Shown piece after piece: positions 1 to 14,145 of a DNA stretch of 64,000 nt; within the stretch, counting starts at the first letter, position 1; each line of letters starts with the position of its first letter. The stretch spans positions 1,488,001 to 1,552,000 of the forward strand of contig JBHGNT010000009.1 in NCBI GenBank assembly GCA_043228905.1, given 5' to 3'. The notes below the pieces were generated by a model, which was not told where the DNA came from, ran no database searches, and worked only from the letters and a program-made list of their open reading frames with translations. A program made the translations under genes and the position numbers. Source of the stretch: Azolla caroliniana. Its lineage: Eukaryota > Plantae > Polypodiophyta.

Positions 1-711
1 TCAGTTATCGTTGATGAGCTATCATCGATCTGTTCACTTTTTGAGCGGGCAGTCTTTAAATGAGGCCCAAATAACAACTCGGGGGCAAACTTCTCTAGAT
101 CAACCATGTCAATATCACATAAGTCAGTGTCATAGGGTTCAATATTCACAACACATTGGCTAGGGATACCAAGTAAGCCCAGAGAAGCAATAACCTCCCT
201 TGGAATAAAACCACCATGAACACGGAGAAACTCCTCTCTTCGTGCTAGTTCTGCTTCTCTAGTTTTTGCCATTCTTTCAGCTAACTGCCCAGCTTGACCC
301 ATGTAAAGTTTCATACTTGCTTTCCTCCTAACAATTTCAGCAAGACAAGCCCTATATGAAGGACCTATTCTTCTAACAACCTTCAGTTCTCCAAATATCT
401 CATCTTGATGAGCCATTGCCTCTTTGAAAGCTGCTATTTGGTTGCGCACATCACGAATCCTTGATTGAAGTGTGGCAACCTTTTGCGTAGATGTGTGCAC
501 GCAAGCACTCATTTCACGCTTACTGATCTTGAAACTTTCCAGAAGTTTCACTATTCTTTGGTAGCAAACTTCCATCTTTGGAAGATGGTTGTTTACATGA
601 ACATGATACATTGGACCTAAGGCAGAGACAGCATCATGGGGTCGCACTGAAATTGAGATATTGCTGCTTAGACATTCATCAACCAGTTTCCTTACAGTAT
701 TCACATCCTTA
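1..711 (-). CDS. ATG11: Autophagy-related protein 11, second coding exon (continues beyond window start)
   Basis: Acceptor tctctccAG at 712-713. The open frame reads SKDVNTVRKLVDECLSS..RPHDAVSALGPMY..GPSYRACLAEIVRRKASMKLYMGQAGQLAE..FAPE, motifs recognised from plant ATG11. Confidence 0.93.
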
Positions 712-1145
712 CTGGAGAGAAAATCATAAATACATCATGATGTCAGACTCATTAAACACTTAGCATGAACCCAGAAAACAAAACAAATAAGTCATCACCG
801 TCCATTCACATAGGCAACATTACAAAACATTATTGCCTGAGCACAAGCACTTAATTTCAGCGATACAAGCTTAAAAAATGACTCACTATTTCTTGCAGCT
901 AGTTTTAGGTTCACTAAGATGTCTAGGCAATAAGATTAACATTTTTTCAGTTTGTAACTTGCTTTGACTAGAATAGATTAGCAATTGTAATCCATGATGA
1001 TGTCTTATAGGCCATTATCATCTTTTAGAAACATTGATATGCCTTTGTTTTTCTGCTTCCTTTTGCTTGAGCTGCTAGCAAGAGCCCAGAAATGCAAATT
1101 TCCTATAAGAGATTCCAAATCAAACATACAAAAAAGATGATGTAC

Positions 1146-2074
1146 CTGAGTGACTGCATAATACTCTTCTCTTCTTCCACAATGAAGGCATGCTCTGTAA
1201 TTGATCTCTCTAGCTTCTGGGTATCCACTGAAGGTACATTTTGAAATAAGACTTGAACATTACGTTGCAGATCCAAAAACACACTCCTCAACTGTGTCAC
1301 CTTCCCTGTGAATTGTTTATAAGAATTTGCACAAACATCGACTCGCTTTTGCAAACTCATACCATCTATACAATCTGCAAGGGTTACTCGTGAATCGGAC
1401 ACAAGGCATGGGTGCAGTTTGCATCTCTTCAGATGCTCTAAATCCCTATTGAAGTTCGTTAAAATATCTGCGTGCTCTTTTTGTTGTCGAGAAAAATGCT
1501 TCATAAACTCAGAGTAACTATGAGCTATAATTTTGTAATAATAATCCATATTACTTTTGGCTGTAGATATTGCCATGTTCTGGACTTGTTGCTCATGTAG
1601 AAGTTGTCGGCACATTTCAAATCTATCGTGAGTTGCGGTAAATATTGCATTCCCTTTCTGGAAGTGGAATCGAAACTGTCTTTCATAAGAAGGCAATGCC
1701 TTAAGAGCCGGATCAGAAGTATTTTCTAAGGGATGCCCAGTTAATGTCACTGTAGGAGGGGAAGGAATAACAAGCTCCCGTACTTGGATATTTTCTTCTA
1801 CTGGAGGTAATGCATCAGCCAATAGACGTGATCGATTGAATAAGAAAATATGCCTACCTTCAGCAGGCAAATTGTATGATGAAAGCGAGCGTTGAGGTTC
1901 TAACCGGGTGTCGTCACAGAGAAGTAGTTGATCATTTTGTGCAACATTTATAAGGGGTGCCAAGCAATCTTGTAACACTTGAACAGACATAGAAGTAGGG
2001 CAATCCAAGTCAATGGAACGCCCATTCTCAGCTACATATATAGTAAGTTTGACATTCTCACTACTTTTCTCCAT
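1146..2074 (-). CDS. ATG11: Autophagy-related protein 11, first coding exon
   Basis: ORF MEKSSENVKLTIYVAENG..LEPQRSLSSYNLP..DPALKALPSYERQFRFHF. The GT donor at 1145-1144 joins in phase (AG+T=Ser) to the exon starting at 711, giving MQSLSKDVNT. Upstream UTR acceptor tttgcAG at 2113-2114. Confidence 0.93.
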
Positions 2075-4010
2075 TCACAAACCTGTGTCCTCAGTACGTC
2101 TCCCTCAGATCTCTGCAAATAGAAAAAAATGGGGCACATTTGCTCATTACAATCTACAAAAATGGGAAACAAGACAGTAAGGATGGGTGGTCCTATAATA
2201 AAGAGTACCATAGGCACGTGGATGTAAAGGTTATCATTAAGAAATATTACATGAACTCGTAGATTCACACGTGAGAGTAATGATTATTAGTACTTGTATA
2301 TGATACCTCACCAATCATATGCCAATCACACAAATTTCAACCTTGTTTTGTACACCATTATATAGTTGTCTGCTCTTTAAGAATGCATCCTAAAGTTGGG
2401 TGGTGTCTTTGCAATCCATAAGCAATATCATTATTAAGCTTAATATGATAATTAGAGCATTGGAGATGAATAACCAACACCACAAATGTACAACTTCCAA
2501 AAATACAATGATTTATCTAGAATATTACCTTTGGGAGGTATCAAAGATATGCTGTGAGAATATAACATTAGTGACTACGAGAAGAAAATATATGATCAAT
2601 GTTCTTAATAAGTTATTGGTTATTAATGAGCAGTCTACCAAGGCTTCCATTCTGGAACAGTTTTCATGGCTCAGAAATCAAAATGAATTTTCTAACCATG
2701 ACAAATCATGGATATGAGAAGGATACCTTAGAAAAGGGAATTAGGCAAAGGTACCCATCTCATATCCATAATTTGGTATGGTTAGAATTTTCATCTTGAT
2801 TTGGATAACCATGATAACCATTACGAACAAAAGTCTTCAGTACCAAACTGTTACATAAGGAATATACGCATACAAAATTCCATACAAACAAAGATAAAGA
2901 AACCTGTTGTTTAACAATCATAGTAATCTAATTTAACCGCAGTGCTCCTTATAACATGTTTAAGCATTACATCAATTGTTCATATAGCTCAAGAAATTAC
3001 TGGAAAACTTCAGTTGCATTCATGTCATGCTCAAACATTTCTTGACATGTTCATATAACTCGGTTTCTATTTGCTCGTACATTTTTTTATGTATTTATAT
3101 TTGTCATCAAATTGCGTTGACATTTTATTGTATGTGTATATCACAAACCACAGCTCTTTTTGGCATTCATACATATGCTTGTGTGACCATTTTTGTAAAT
3201 AAGAATCTAATCCTTTTGTGCCTTCATAGTTTTTTTATGTGTGTATAAAAGACTCACACAAGGGGTAAGAAAAACAGGTTAGTTAAGTCATAATTGATGT
3301 ATCATTGGGTGAGCCTAAGAGACTCCTTTCTCTATCTTTTCACGTGAGTCTTTTGACATACATATAGGAAACATGTTTGAACAAAAAAATAGATGTCCAA
3401 CACATAAGTTGTGCATATATACAAATTGCACAAATTAAAATAAGAGCATTTTAATAACTCTTTAGATAATAGAATGCTTATAATCCCCTTTTGAACACGA
3501 AATTCGTCTATAGAAATGTGAAACAAAACATACAGACACAAGAAAATGTGCAAATTAAGAAAAAAACAAGCTATTCAAAAGGAAAATCAAGAGATCCATG
3601 AAACATGATATGAATGTAAATAATACACAAAACAAGAATAAAGGTGAAAGTTTGTCTGAATATCATCCATCATTCTGTTTCTCTATTCTTTATAAACATC
3701 GTTCTCAAGTATTTATACGAAAAAACTCCAGAGATAATACAAATAAACACAGAGATCATTGGGGTAAAGAAATTTTCCACATCTGAGAGAGAGAGAGAGA
3801 AAAAAAAATAGAAAAATAACAAAAACTCAGAAATAGAGACTTGTAAACAGAAAGGATTCAACATAACAGTAAAAACAGAGAAAAATTATCGGTGGAAAGA
3901 AAAATAGAACCTGCAGTTTAAATAAACAGAAAGTTATACAGGGACAGAATTTAACGTAACAGCGAAGAACGGACATGGAGAGAGGGGAGAGACAGAGACA
4001 GAGAATTAAC

Positions 4011-4143
4011 CTGTAACATTCGCCTTGGAAGATGACAGATCTGCGTGTTGCGAAGTCGAACAGAGATTGATGCAGAGATCGTGCAGAAGAGGAAGAAGAA
4101 AATCGAATGTAAGGAAGAGAAGGAAAAGCCATATTATATAAAT
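4011..4143 (-). promoter_or_regulatory. Probable ATG11 core promoter and first 5' UTR exon
   Basis: TATA-like tttatataat at about 4133-4143, a CT-rich leader and a donor CAG|GTTAAT at 4011/4010. Further strong acceptors at about 3784 and 3912 suggest additional UTR exons. Inference only. Confidence 0.45.
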
Positions 4144-5459
4144 ATCCACATAGTTCTATTTATTTGTTTATTTGTTTATTTATTTATTTGTGTGTAAAAA
4201 ATCATCCTATCCAAAACAAAAACGCAATCACTTTGCTTTTTTTTATGATGATTTATTTCTTCTTCTTCTTCTTCTTCTTCTCTATATGTGTGTGTGTGTG
4301 TGTGTGTTTCTGAGTTCACTAGTTTTCTGCCTTGCAAGTAAATCCATGAGAACTTAATCATATCTCGTTCCTTGGGAAATTTACACGAAATCACACCACT
4401 TTCCTACTTTACTGTGGAACCTCTCTCTCTCTCTCCAAAGGTAGAAGAAGCGTTCCGTCAATATTTGGTAAGCCGACATAACATATGTTTGGGGAGTTTT
4501 ATGAACTCTTGAAGGGGGGGGGGAGTAGTATCTCTATCTGGAAACAATAGCGGGAGATTTCAAACAAATCCCCCTTTCTTGCTCGCATGAGCTTGAAAGT
4601 CCCCTCTTTAATTTGAGATTAGCTTCGAGGAAACTACTAAAAAATATGTTGCGTGAATTCTCCAATATCGATTGAAACATGTGCCTACTAAGAAATTGTA
4701 CATGTGTGTGTGCTAGAGCTCTTCATCCCTTGTATACTTGTGTTACGTATATATGCCCATACGCTTCATTGAAAAGTGATTCCCTAGGAAATCATAAAAA
4801 TGATAGGGAGAAATAGAGAGAGCATCTCTAGTCAATAACTTAATCTCATTTTCAAATATCATGAAGAATTCATTTTCAATGTCTACCACTTTGTCAAATC
4901 TACTGAAAAAATATGACTTAAGGGAATTGAGTACTTGCCATGCACTCCACTCTTTGTGCCTCATCATCCTTCGACATTGGTATAATAATATTGAGATGCA
5001 ATGCATAAGTGAAATAGAACATTTTCAAAGCAATAAGGTGTGAAACATGAACAACGCCCTTAGTGACAACATCCAAGTTAGCGAGTTTTGCAACATAGGC
5101 CAATGTGACAACTATATTCAGAGATTCACACCCCTTATGAAATTCATCATGTAATATATTGTGGATTGGATGAATGCCTGGAGACATGATGAGGTGGTCG
5201 ACTCAAATTAGTGTAGGGATGTACTTGGACATTATGATAGCCCCTTAAGAATTGAGCATAGCATGTAAGCCATTGTGATATGTGAGGCAAGGTCTACACC
5301 CTAACCCATGGTGAGGATTTACTTTGGATTCTCTCGATTTTATTATTCAAGGAAGAGAGAGAGAGAGAGAGAGACAGGGAGAGAGGGAGGGAGAGGGAGA
5401 GGGAGAGGGAGAGGGAGGGATGGGATGGGATGGAAAAGAATGCCTCAAATCATAACTTA

Positions 5460-5655
5460 ATCAAATGGTGAGGATTTGCTTCAAATCTATGGAAGATGTT
5501 ATTTTTGAGGGAAAATGATGGTCCTTTGGACACTGCAAGGTAGGTTTCATATACCACATGGATATGATTATATTTGGAATTTGATATTGCCATTATTCCA
5601 AAGTTGGTGGTCGAGGAGCCATAAAAGACCGGTGATTTGATAATGAAAATTCGTC
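5460..5655 (-). repeat. Diverged inverted copy of the repeat unit found upstream of MBF1
   Basis: Reverse complement reads ctcgaccaccaactttggaat..caaatataatcatatccatgtggtatatgaaac..ccatcattttcc, matching 55370-55600. Confidence 0.75.
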
Positions 5656-6499
5656 CTTGGTGTTTCCATTAACTTTCCTCGTTAACTACACATGTGTATC
5701 ATCACTTTGGAAAGCTCTACGAGATTGTCCACACACCCCATCTTTTGAATCATTTTTCAATGTCAATCAGCCAGCTGGACGAGAGAATCTTGTGCCACAA
5801 GATTTAAGTTTAAATGTAGCTTACATCCAACACTCCGTTCAAAGATGTGGCAATCTACGATTTGGCAATGGGTCCCACTGACTCACAGTGATCTGCAAAG
5901 ATAAAGAGAGATGTCAAAGACAAGATAATACATAAGACATAATCTCTTGTCTAGTCTTCTAAGACCATTTTGGCCTTAGAAAAAGATGTTAGTACATCTC
6001 TTTCTCTTTTATCGTAATTACCTTACCCTAGTGGTGTGTTATTACACTGTTAGCACTATTACACTAATAGCATTAAGTCTTGGGATCGAAACCCATGGAT
6101 ATCCCGGTCTTTGTTGGTCAAGGAAGCTATATTCATCTCTCTATCTTTCTTTGTGATTGCACCCTAGTGGTAAGTTGTTACACCACAAGTACTATCTCTT
6201 GGGTTCGAAACTAGTTTTCTCACCTCTCTATTCCTTCACACATATCTCTTCTTCTTTTTTCGTGACTTAATGTTTGTTATTACAACAAGATGATAATACA
6301 ACCCTTGCTATCTTCACTACTTCATAAATAGTGATAGTGGAAGGGAAACCCTCTGAAGTGTTGTAAAATTAGATGACATAAGTCTATCTCCTCTTGGGAC
6401 AACGTCCCCATACAATATAGTTGTGAAATTTGTCAAATCAACTTCCCTTTCATCCTACAAAGTTGTGTTACCTCATGAAGTCCATCAAACAAGAACCCA

Positions 6500-6957
6500 T
6501 TTCTCATGGTCTAATTAAAGCACATTCCCCAATATCTAAGCTAGTCAAACACAATCTTATATGATGGTGTGGGCATAACTTTATCCTCATCAATAAAACC
6601 CACTTATAAGGTGACAAAATATTTATTCTTATGGATGCCCAAATTTTCGATATAATCACCCAAATGGGTTTAGCAACTAGACATGTAATGAACATATGTC
6701 TGGCATCTTCTACAACCATCCTACAAAAAAAACATGTCCCATTCGAAATATGTCATTGTTTTAAGAACATCGCCAAAGGCAACCCACCAACTATGGCACG
6801 CCAAAGAAACATCTTTGCACGAAATGGACGATGACACGACCACCCTACGTCTAAAACTCTACGCCACCACTTTACATGTCGAGTAATGTACCATGTATCC
6901 AAAACCTTATTTGCTAAGCAAGCTCTATCTTCAATCAACTTATGGTACACATCATTA
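6500..6957 (-). pseudogene. Degenerate L1-type LINE ORF2 fragment (zf-RVT-like domain)
   Basis: Reads W..RAKMFLWRAIVGGLP..*HISNGTCFFCRMVVEDARHMFITCLVAKPIW, the C-x2-C..H..C zf-RVT pattern, with an in-frame stop. Confidence 0.7.
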
Positions 6958-6962
6958 GTGTG

Positions 6963-7376
6963 TGTCAAGAATAGTACTAAAACATAGAGAGAATTAATAC
7001 TAGAGAAGGGAACTTGTACTATTAGTACTAAGAGGACGGATTGCGTAAGACTCACGAGAGAGAGATAGTGAAGGCGAGACAGAGAGGATGATGATAACAG
7101 ATGATATATCATGTGAAGAGTAAGTACAAAATAGCTATGAGGCTTAAGACTGGCGTTGAACCAATTTGGTTCGGAATAATGCCTTGTGCCTCTTTTTATA
7201 GTGTTCAAAAGAATAGTCTTGAAGCTTCTAGAATGTTCCAGAGAAATCTAGAATATACAATAATTTTCTATAGTAAAACTTAAATGAAAATAATATCCTA
7301 CGTATTACAATAGATAATGTAGAGCTCGACCCATATAACATAAGGTTATGGGTTCGAGTCTTGCCATATCATGACA
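6963..7376 (-). repeat. Element A 3' LTR
   Basis: Direct repeat of 38585-38700 plus 55043-55361; TG..CA ends. Confidence 0.93.
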
Positions 7377-7505
7377 CTATCCCCCCTTTAAGACGACGAG
7401 TGTCACAAGTCGGCGTTGATTGTGGACCGGGTTTGTCCGGATACTTTCAGTGGAAATCAGTAAGAAGATCTTGAGCATTGGTGACATGCTCGACGGGTTC
7501 CCAAG

Positions 7506-10500
7506 TGTCGAATACGAGTGTATAATGGCCGTATTAACACTATCCCTTTGGACAACCCAAGTTTGGGCTATTTCTGTAAATAGCATAAAGGGTAGTTGCC
7601 CTAGGATAGTCACTATATAAAGTGACTTTGTAACCTTTAGTGAGGGGGTTGGTTGTCATTTGTAACTGTTCCTATTAAGAAATAAAACGTTTCTTTGTGC
7701 CTATCTCTCTCTCTCTATATATATATATATCTTGTTTATTCTCATACACAGGTCCTTCAACATCACATATATTGTTTGTTCTTCCGCACTGACGACCTTG
7801 TCCCCAACATTTGGTATCAGAGCGTTGGAGGTTCTTCAACCCATTGTCGGCCGTCATAGTACACCACACAACATTCTGTTTCTATTTTTCTTGAAGAACA
7901 GAGAAGAGAGAAGACAAACAAGAAGTCTGCATCTCACTGTGTTAAATCACTAATTGGAGTAAGCTAGCCCGGCTGTACTCTGTTCATGTGATTGTAACCA
8001 CCTGAGATTGGTCTCCAGGCAACAACCAAATTCGTGCTTCATTCAGATGATCGACATTCGGGAGGATCAGTTGGATCCGTCCCTCTCATCGTTGCAGTCA
8101 TTCGAAGCAGAATCGGCCTAAACAATCGGTTTCTTGGGATCGGTATTCAGCATACAATCGGAAGCTAACTAGAGTCACTCCAAGAAGGTTCAACAAACAA
8201 GTATCCTAAACCAAACCGACTCGGGTTCAAGACCGACTAGAACGATATCAGGTGAGCTGACCGGCTGCACCCCTCTAAGGTTTCTAGTCAACTCCGAACA
8301 GAGTCTTACCAACCGAAACCGAATCAGATGGCATCAACATCCGGCTCATCGGAGATGAGTCTAAGGAGGTTCGATGGTTCGAACTTTAACTTCTGGAAGG
8401 AACAAATGCAGGACTATCTCATAGTCAAGGGTCAGATAAACCTGATTGAGAATGAAAATCCTCCAGAAGCATACAAGGCAAACGAGTGGCTAAAGCTGGA
8501 CAGAATCGTCCGCGCCATGATTCGGATGCACCTGTTCGAGTTAGTGCACTTCACAGTACAATCATGCTCGACAGCTTTTGAACTTTGGAAAACAGTGTCG
8601 GAAACTTATGAAAAGAACGTCGCCGCAACAAAGATGTATCTGATCCGGCGCCTCTACAACTTGCGGATGAAAGAATCTAATTCGGTTCAGGCACACCTCA
8701 ACGAGTACGAAAGCCTAAGCTCCCAAATATCGTCTCAGGGGACGACAATAGAGGATGAACTCAGAGCAATGATACTCATGAGTAGTCTCCCCTCTTCTTG
8801 GGAAACTTTCTTCACAACTGTGTGCAATGCTTCAACAACTGCCATTAAGTACTCCGAAATCACGAGCGCAATCCTGACTGAAGCAGCTCGGAGAAAGTCT
8901 TTTGCCAAAGACTCGGTAGAGGAAGCTTACGTAGTACAAGGTTCGATCGACCAACCGAACAACCAGGGAAGAAGTTCTTCACGACAACCGAACAATCAGC
9001 AAAGACAGAGCAAGTCCCAGGACAACCGAATTTGTAACTACTCCAAGAAACCGGGACACATCAAAGCTGACTATCGGGCACTCAAAGCAAAAACCGACAA
9101 AGCTCTGAGAGCGGATCAGAAGAGTAGCCAGCATGAGGAGGTCAACTACATCAGCTCTTCAACCGAAATTTTGACGACCGACCCAAACATATTGTCCATA
9201 GAGAACCCAATCGAATCAGAAGTTCTGCTTATGACTTAGGAATCGAGCACATGGCTCTTGGACTCGGGTGCATCGTATCATGTGACACCTCACCGATCTC
9301 AATTTCGGCAATACTCGGTCCAACACTCCGACTCAGTTCGAGTCGGGAACTCGCAACATTGTGCCATAATCGGAATTGGCACCGTAGAGCTCAACCTTCT
9401 GGGTGGCTCTACACTCATACTACACAACGTCCGACATGTTCCTAAGCTTTCAAGACCCTTGATCTCAGTCGGACAACTTGACAAAGCCAACATCTGTGTC
9501 GGGTTCTCATCAAGACGGTGGACACTCCACAAAGGGAACCTCCTGCTTGCTCGAGGACCAAAGGTACACTCTTTGTACCCTTTATATGTCACACTCAAAG
9601 AGGGTGACTTATTTTTGGTTGATATCCCCGTGTCATCGTTATGGCACGGACGACTTGGACACCTCAGAAAGGCCGGCATAACGCACCTATCCACAGCCGG
9701 TTACATCCCTAAGCTCTCCTTCTCGGATCACCAATTCTATGAGCATTGCCAGTACGGCAAATAGGTAGCCGCATCACACCCGACATCAGCACCAAGAGAA
9801 TCGAGTCCCCTCGATTTGGTCCACTCGGACGTCTGTGGCCCGATGCCACATCAGTCTCTCGGCGGTGCTTCGTACTTCGTCAGTTTTATTGACGACTCGA
9901 CTCGGAAAGTGTGGGCTTACCTCATTAGAACCAAAGATCGGATGTTCTCAATCTTCTCTAAACGACTTGCAATGGTTGAAAACTAGACCGGTCGGAAACT
10001 AAAATGTCTCTGAACCGATAATGGAGAAGAATTCAAGTATGAAGAATTCGTCAAATCTTGCTGGGAACGCGGGATTCGACGTGAATATATGGCACCCTAT
10101 AGTCTGGAGTAGAACGGAATTGCTAAACACATGAATCGGACGATTCAAGAATGCGTAGTATCCATGCTCCAACACTCCGGACTGTTAGATGGCTTCTGGG
10201 CGGAGGCTCTACTTACGGCAGTACACATAATAAATATGTTGCCATGTAGACCTCTAGGACTTAAAATACCTCAAGAAACATGGACCGGCAGTTAGCCGAA
10301 TTATGACAAGCTGAGGATCTTTGGCTACGAGGCGTATGCCCTCATACCGAAAGACGACCACCGGAAACGCAAACCAAGATCAAGGAAATACGTTTTCCTT
10401 GGATATGGACCCGACGGCGAGATCGGATACCAACTATGGGACCCCGAGCACAAACAAATCGTCTGAAGTTCAGACGTCGTGTTCAATGAGTCGGTTATGC

Positions 10501-12741
10501 ATAAAACGGCCGAAAGGCCTATTGAAGTCCGAAGGGTAATATTTTTCGAAGTGTCAACCCTTCATGAAGGCCCAACCCACAACACGAGCTCGGTTTCACA
10601 GGTAACCGACACCCCCCGTCCTGAATCCACCGATTCAGCACAACCGAATGGCTCGGCTTCCGACCATCTGACACCTATACCCGGTGCGACTAGTCTAGTC
10701 ATACCTCGAAGATCCGAGAGACTGTCGCAACCTCCGGAAAGGTACTCTCCCAGAATTTTCTTTACCGACATCGGCGAACCAACGTCTTACGAAGAAGCAT
10801 CGACTTCTGCCGACTCAACTACCTGGCAACTGGTGATGGAGTCGGAAATGCACTCCATTCGCGCAAACAAGACTTGGGACTTGGTAGAATTATTGAAGAA
10901 TCGACGTGCTCTTCCGTGCAAGTGGGTCTATCGAGTAAAAGAGACATCCAACTCAACCAACCCAAAGTACAAGGCCAAATTAGTTGCGAAGGGATTTCGA
11001 CAAGAATATGGCGTCGACTTCGACGAAAACTTTTCACCAGTGGTGAAAATGACAACCCTTCGTTTCATGCTAGGCGTCGTGGCCGCCGACAACTTAGAGT
11101 TGATTCAGCTAGATGTAAAAACGACATTCCTCCATAGTGACCTACGGGAGGAAATCTATATGGAGCAGCCGAAAGGCTTTGTGGCATCCGGCCAGGAACA
11201 TCTAGTTTGCCAACTCAAGAAGAGTTTATACGGCCTGAAACAGGCACCCCGATAGTGGTACAAGAAGTTCGACGACTTCATCCAGTCGGTTGGCTTCTCC
11301 AAGAGCGATGAGGACCACTGTCTCTTCACCAAAACAGCTCAAGACGGGTCTCCCGTCTTTCTCATCATTTATGTGGACGACATGCTACTCTCTGGCTGAC
11401 ATGTCGGAGAGCTCACCGAACTCGTTCGGAAACTGCGGTTGAAGTTTGCCATGAAGGACCTCAGTCCGACAAGACACATACTTGGTATGAAGATTAGTCG
11501 GCATCGCGATAAACGACAACTTTTCTTGTCTCAAACCGACTACATCAGACGTGTCTTGGAATGATTCAACATGCACTCAGCCAAGTCTGCTTCGACCCCT
11601 CTCCCCATTAACCTTCGACTGTCTTAGCGAGACTGCCCGACATCCGGTGCGGAGGGGGAAGATATGAAGTCGGTACCGTATGCACCGACAGTCGGCTCCC
11701 TTATGTACGCGATGGTCGCGACACAACCTGATATTTCTCACGCTGTAGGAGTCGTCAACAGATTCATGCACAACCCAGGCTGATCGCAGTGGAACGCAGT
11801 CAAGCATGTGTTCAGATATCTAGCTGGCACAAAAGACCACGACATTCTTTTTGGCCCGAACTTAACCTCAAGCGTAGTCAGTTACACCGACTCGGACTTC
11901 GCCGGCTGCATGGACAGTCGGAAATCAACAACCGGATATTGTTTCAAATTTGGCAATGGAGCAATCTCGTGGAAGTCGAAACTTCAGGAGTGCACAACCA
12001 CCTCAACGACCAAAGCGGAATATGTAGTTGCGTCTGACATGGCAAAAGAAGCTTTATGGCTCGGTCGGCTGGCGCACATGTTTCAACAAGTCGACTTCGA
12101 CTCGGCTCCAATTGTCTACAATGACAGTCAGGGTGCTATTGCTTTGTCAAAAAATCCGGTTCAACACAACGCCTCCAAGCATATCAGCGTTCGATATCAC
12201 TTTGTTCAGGACTAAGTCATTTCAGGGAAAATCGGTCCCGAGAAGATATCCACAACCGATAATGTCGTAGATGGAATGACCAAGTGTCTTTCGGCGGATC
12301 GCTTCCAATCCCTTCGGCACCAGATGGGCGTAACGAAAAATCAGTTCGGTTAAAGTCGGACACACAACACATGATGGTTTCGGACAACCGACATCGGTCC
12401 TTTGAGGATCAGCTTTAGCTCTTTCGACCCGACCGGTTTGGTCTTCTGTCTTTAGATCTTGCCGACTCGAACAAAACTGATCTGTCCGATAAACCTTGTA
12501 TATACCTGTAATTTCCGATAACCCATGTATACGCCCATTACGGGGGAGTGTCGAATATGAGTGTATAATGGCCATTCACACTGTCCCTTTGGACAACGCA
12601 AGTTTGGGCTATTTCTGTAAATAGCATAAAGGGTAGTTGCCCTAGGATAGTCACTATATAAAGTGACTTTGTAACCTTTAGTGAGGGGGTTGGTTGTCAT
12701 TTGTAATTGTTGATATTAAGAAATAAGCCGTTTCTTTGTGC

Positions 12742-12776
<35 letters not shown>

Positions 12777-12860
12777 TGTATCTTGTTTATTCTCATACAC
12801 AGGTCCTTCAACATCACAGATGTTGTTTGTTCTTCCGCACTGACGACCTTGTCCCCAACA
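7506..12860 (+). mobile_element. Element B: Ty1/Copia LTR retrotransposon inserted in the chromodomain of A
   Basis: LTRs 7506-7809 and 12549-12860, TSD CCAAG (7501-7505 and 12861-12865), PBS TGGTATCAGAGC (tRNA-Met) at 7812-7823, PPT GGGGGAG before 12549. Confidence 0.95.
8328..12350 (+). pseudogene. Element B gag-pol (gag, PR, INT, RT, RNaseH) with many nonsense mutations
   Basis: FDGSNFNFWK (gag), WLLDSGAS (PR), VHSDVCG (INT), QLDVKTTFL/SLYGLKQAPR/YVDD (RT), YTDSDFAG (RH); several in-frame stops. Confidence 0.92.
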
Positions 12861-12865
12861 CCAAG

Positions 12866-13521
12866 TACGTTCCCTCGGACTATAGTTGAGCCAATCGACC
12901 AAATAATAATGTTTGTTGCGAACAAAGTTGGAGTCGAGGATGACAACAACTTCATACTCCGGGCCGTTGTCCAACTCAAGCGGGGGTGGCGGTGGTGTAA
13001 CACAATCAGGAATAGTGTTGGGCTGATAAGGTTCGAGAAGAGAACTATGGAAGACCGGATGTATCTGAAGGTGCGGAGGAAGATCAAGGCGGACTGTGAC
13101 ATCATTAATCTTGCTGGTAATACAGAAAGGACCGAGTCGTCGATAATCCAATTTGTCGCACAGTCAAGTTGTCTTGATGTGACGACGTAAGAGCCATACT
13201 CGATCTCCGATGGCAAAAGAGGAGGGAAGCTGATGACGATCTGTATAAGTCTTCTGAGTGTGTTGAGCATGAAGAAGATGAGTAGATAGATCCGTCTGAA
13301 TCTTGCGTAGCCTCTCTAGATGATCCTCGGCATGAGAATTGGTAGGTAGCTCCGGAGTGTCGATCATAGACCAACGAGGATGAGAACTGGTATAAGCGTA
13401 AAATGGCGAGACCCGAGTCAAGGAGTGAATAGTGTTGTTATACGCAAACTTCACAAAGTGGAGAATATTAGCCCAATCGTCCTATTGATAACTCAGAAAA
13501 CACCAAAGTTATCGTTCCAGT
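12866..13521 (-). pseudogene. Element A integrase C-terminus, GPF/Y region and chromodomain (chromodomain end at 7380-7500)
   Basis: FAYNNTIHS..GDRVWL..LGPF..IHPVFHSSLL..EYEVVVILDS..YYLVDWLNYSPRERTW; continues as WEPVEHVTNA on the other side of element B. Confidence 0.9.
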
Positions 13522-13583
13522 GTTTGTGTAAAGAATCAAGAGATGGATTCTGTGCAGCGGAATAGATATGAACTGTGTGTGTG

Positions 13584-13629
<46 letters not shown>

Positions 13630-14145
13630 AGTAAGACATAGAGAATACGCAAGGTAAAAGTATATTAACAAAGGAGAAAAACTCAACACTATACAAGGTG
13701 GGAGGAGGGTGCTTTATATAGTCACCCTCTCTCTTCATTAACTACAAGACTCATGGAGCATGGGGAATGTGAAAGCTCATAAGTTATGTGTCATAGAATA
13801 TGATTCTATGCCTCATACTAAATGCTAGAATACAAAGTGGTGACATAATGGTGACTCTTGACCGTTGGAGTGTCTATTCACTCTCAAGGTGAGTTCACAC
13901 ACTAGACCAAGTTGAGCTTGGTTCTCAACACGCCCCCTGAAGCTCAAGTCGGGTCGGTTTCAGACGGTATCTAAAATCTACTTCGACTCGCGTTCGGGAG
14001 TCCGCGTCGACTCGCTTTATGCGGAGTTGTGGAATCCATGCTCCAGCTTGCGTTGAGCATAGTTGCGAAGTCTGTGCTTCGGCTTGCGTCTTTCTTCGCG
14101 GTTGCGTTGCGCGGTTGCGTTGTGTGTAGTTGCGAAATCCACGCG

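Noticed and set aside
2400-3864. Short ORFs upstream of the ATG11 start codon
   Set aside because: AT-rich 5' UTR intron sequence with no recognisable protein motifs.
4743-5300. Possible degenerate transposase or retroelement fragment
   Set aside because: No diagnostic motif, termini or TSD identifiable by eye; needs a repeat-library search.
5910-6480. Short internal repeats (ccctagtggt..ttacac..tcgaaac) suggestive of an old LTR
   Set aside because: Could not define TG..CA ends or a TSD.
7325-7360. Hairpin with GGTTCGAGTC resembling a tRNA T-loop in the element A LTR
   Set aside because: No cloverleaf, acceptor stem or A-box; just a short LTR inverted repeat.
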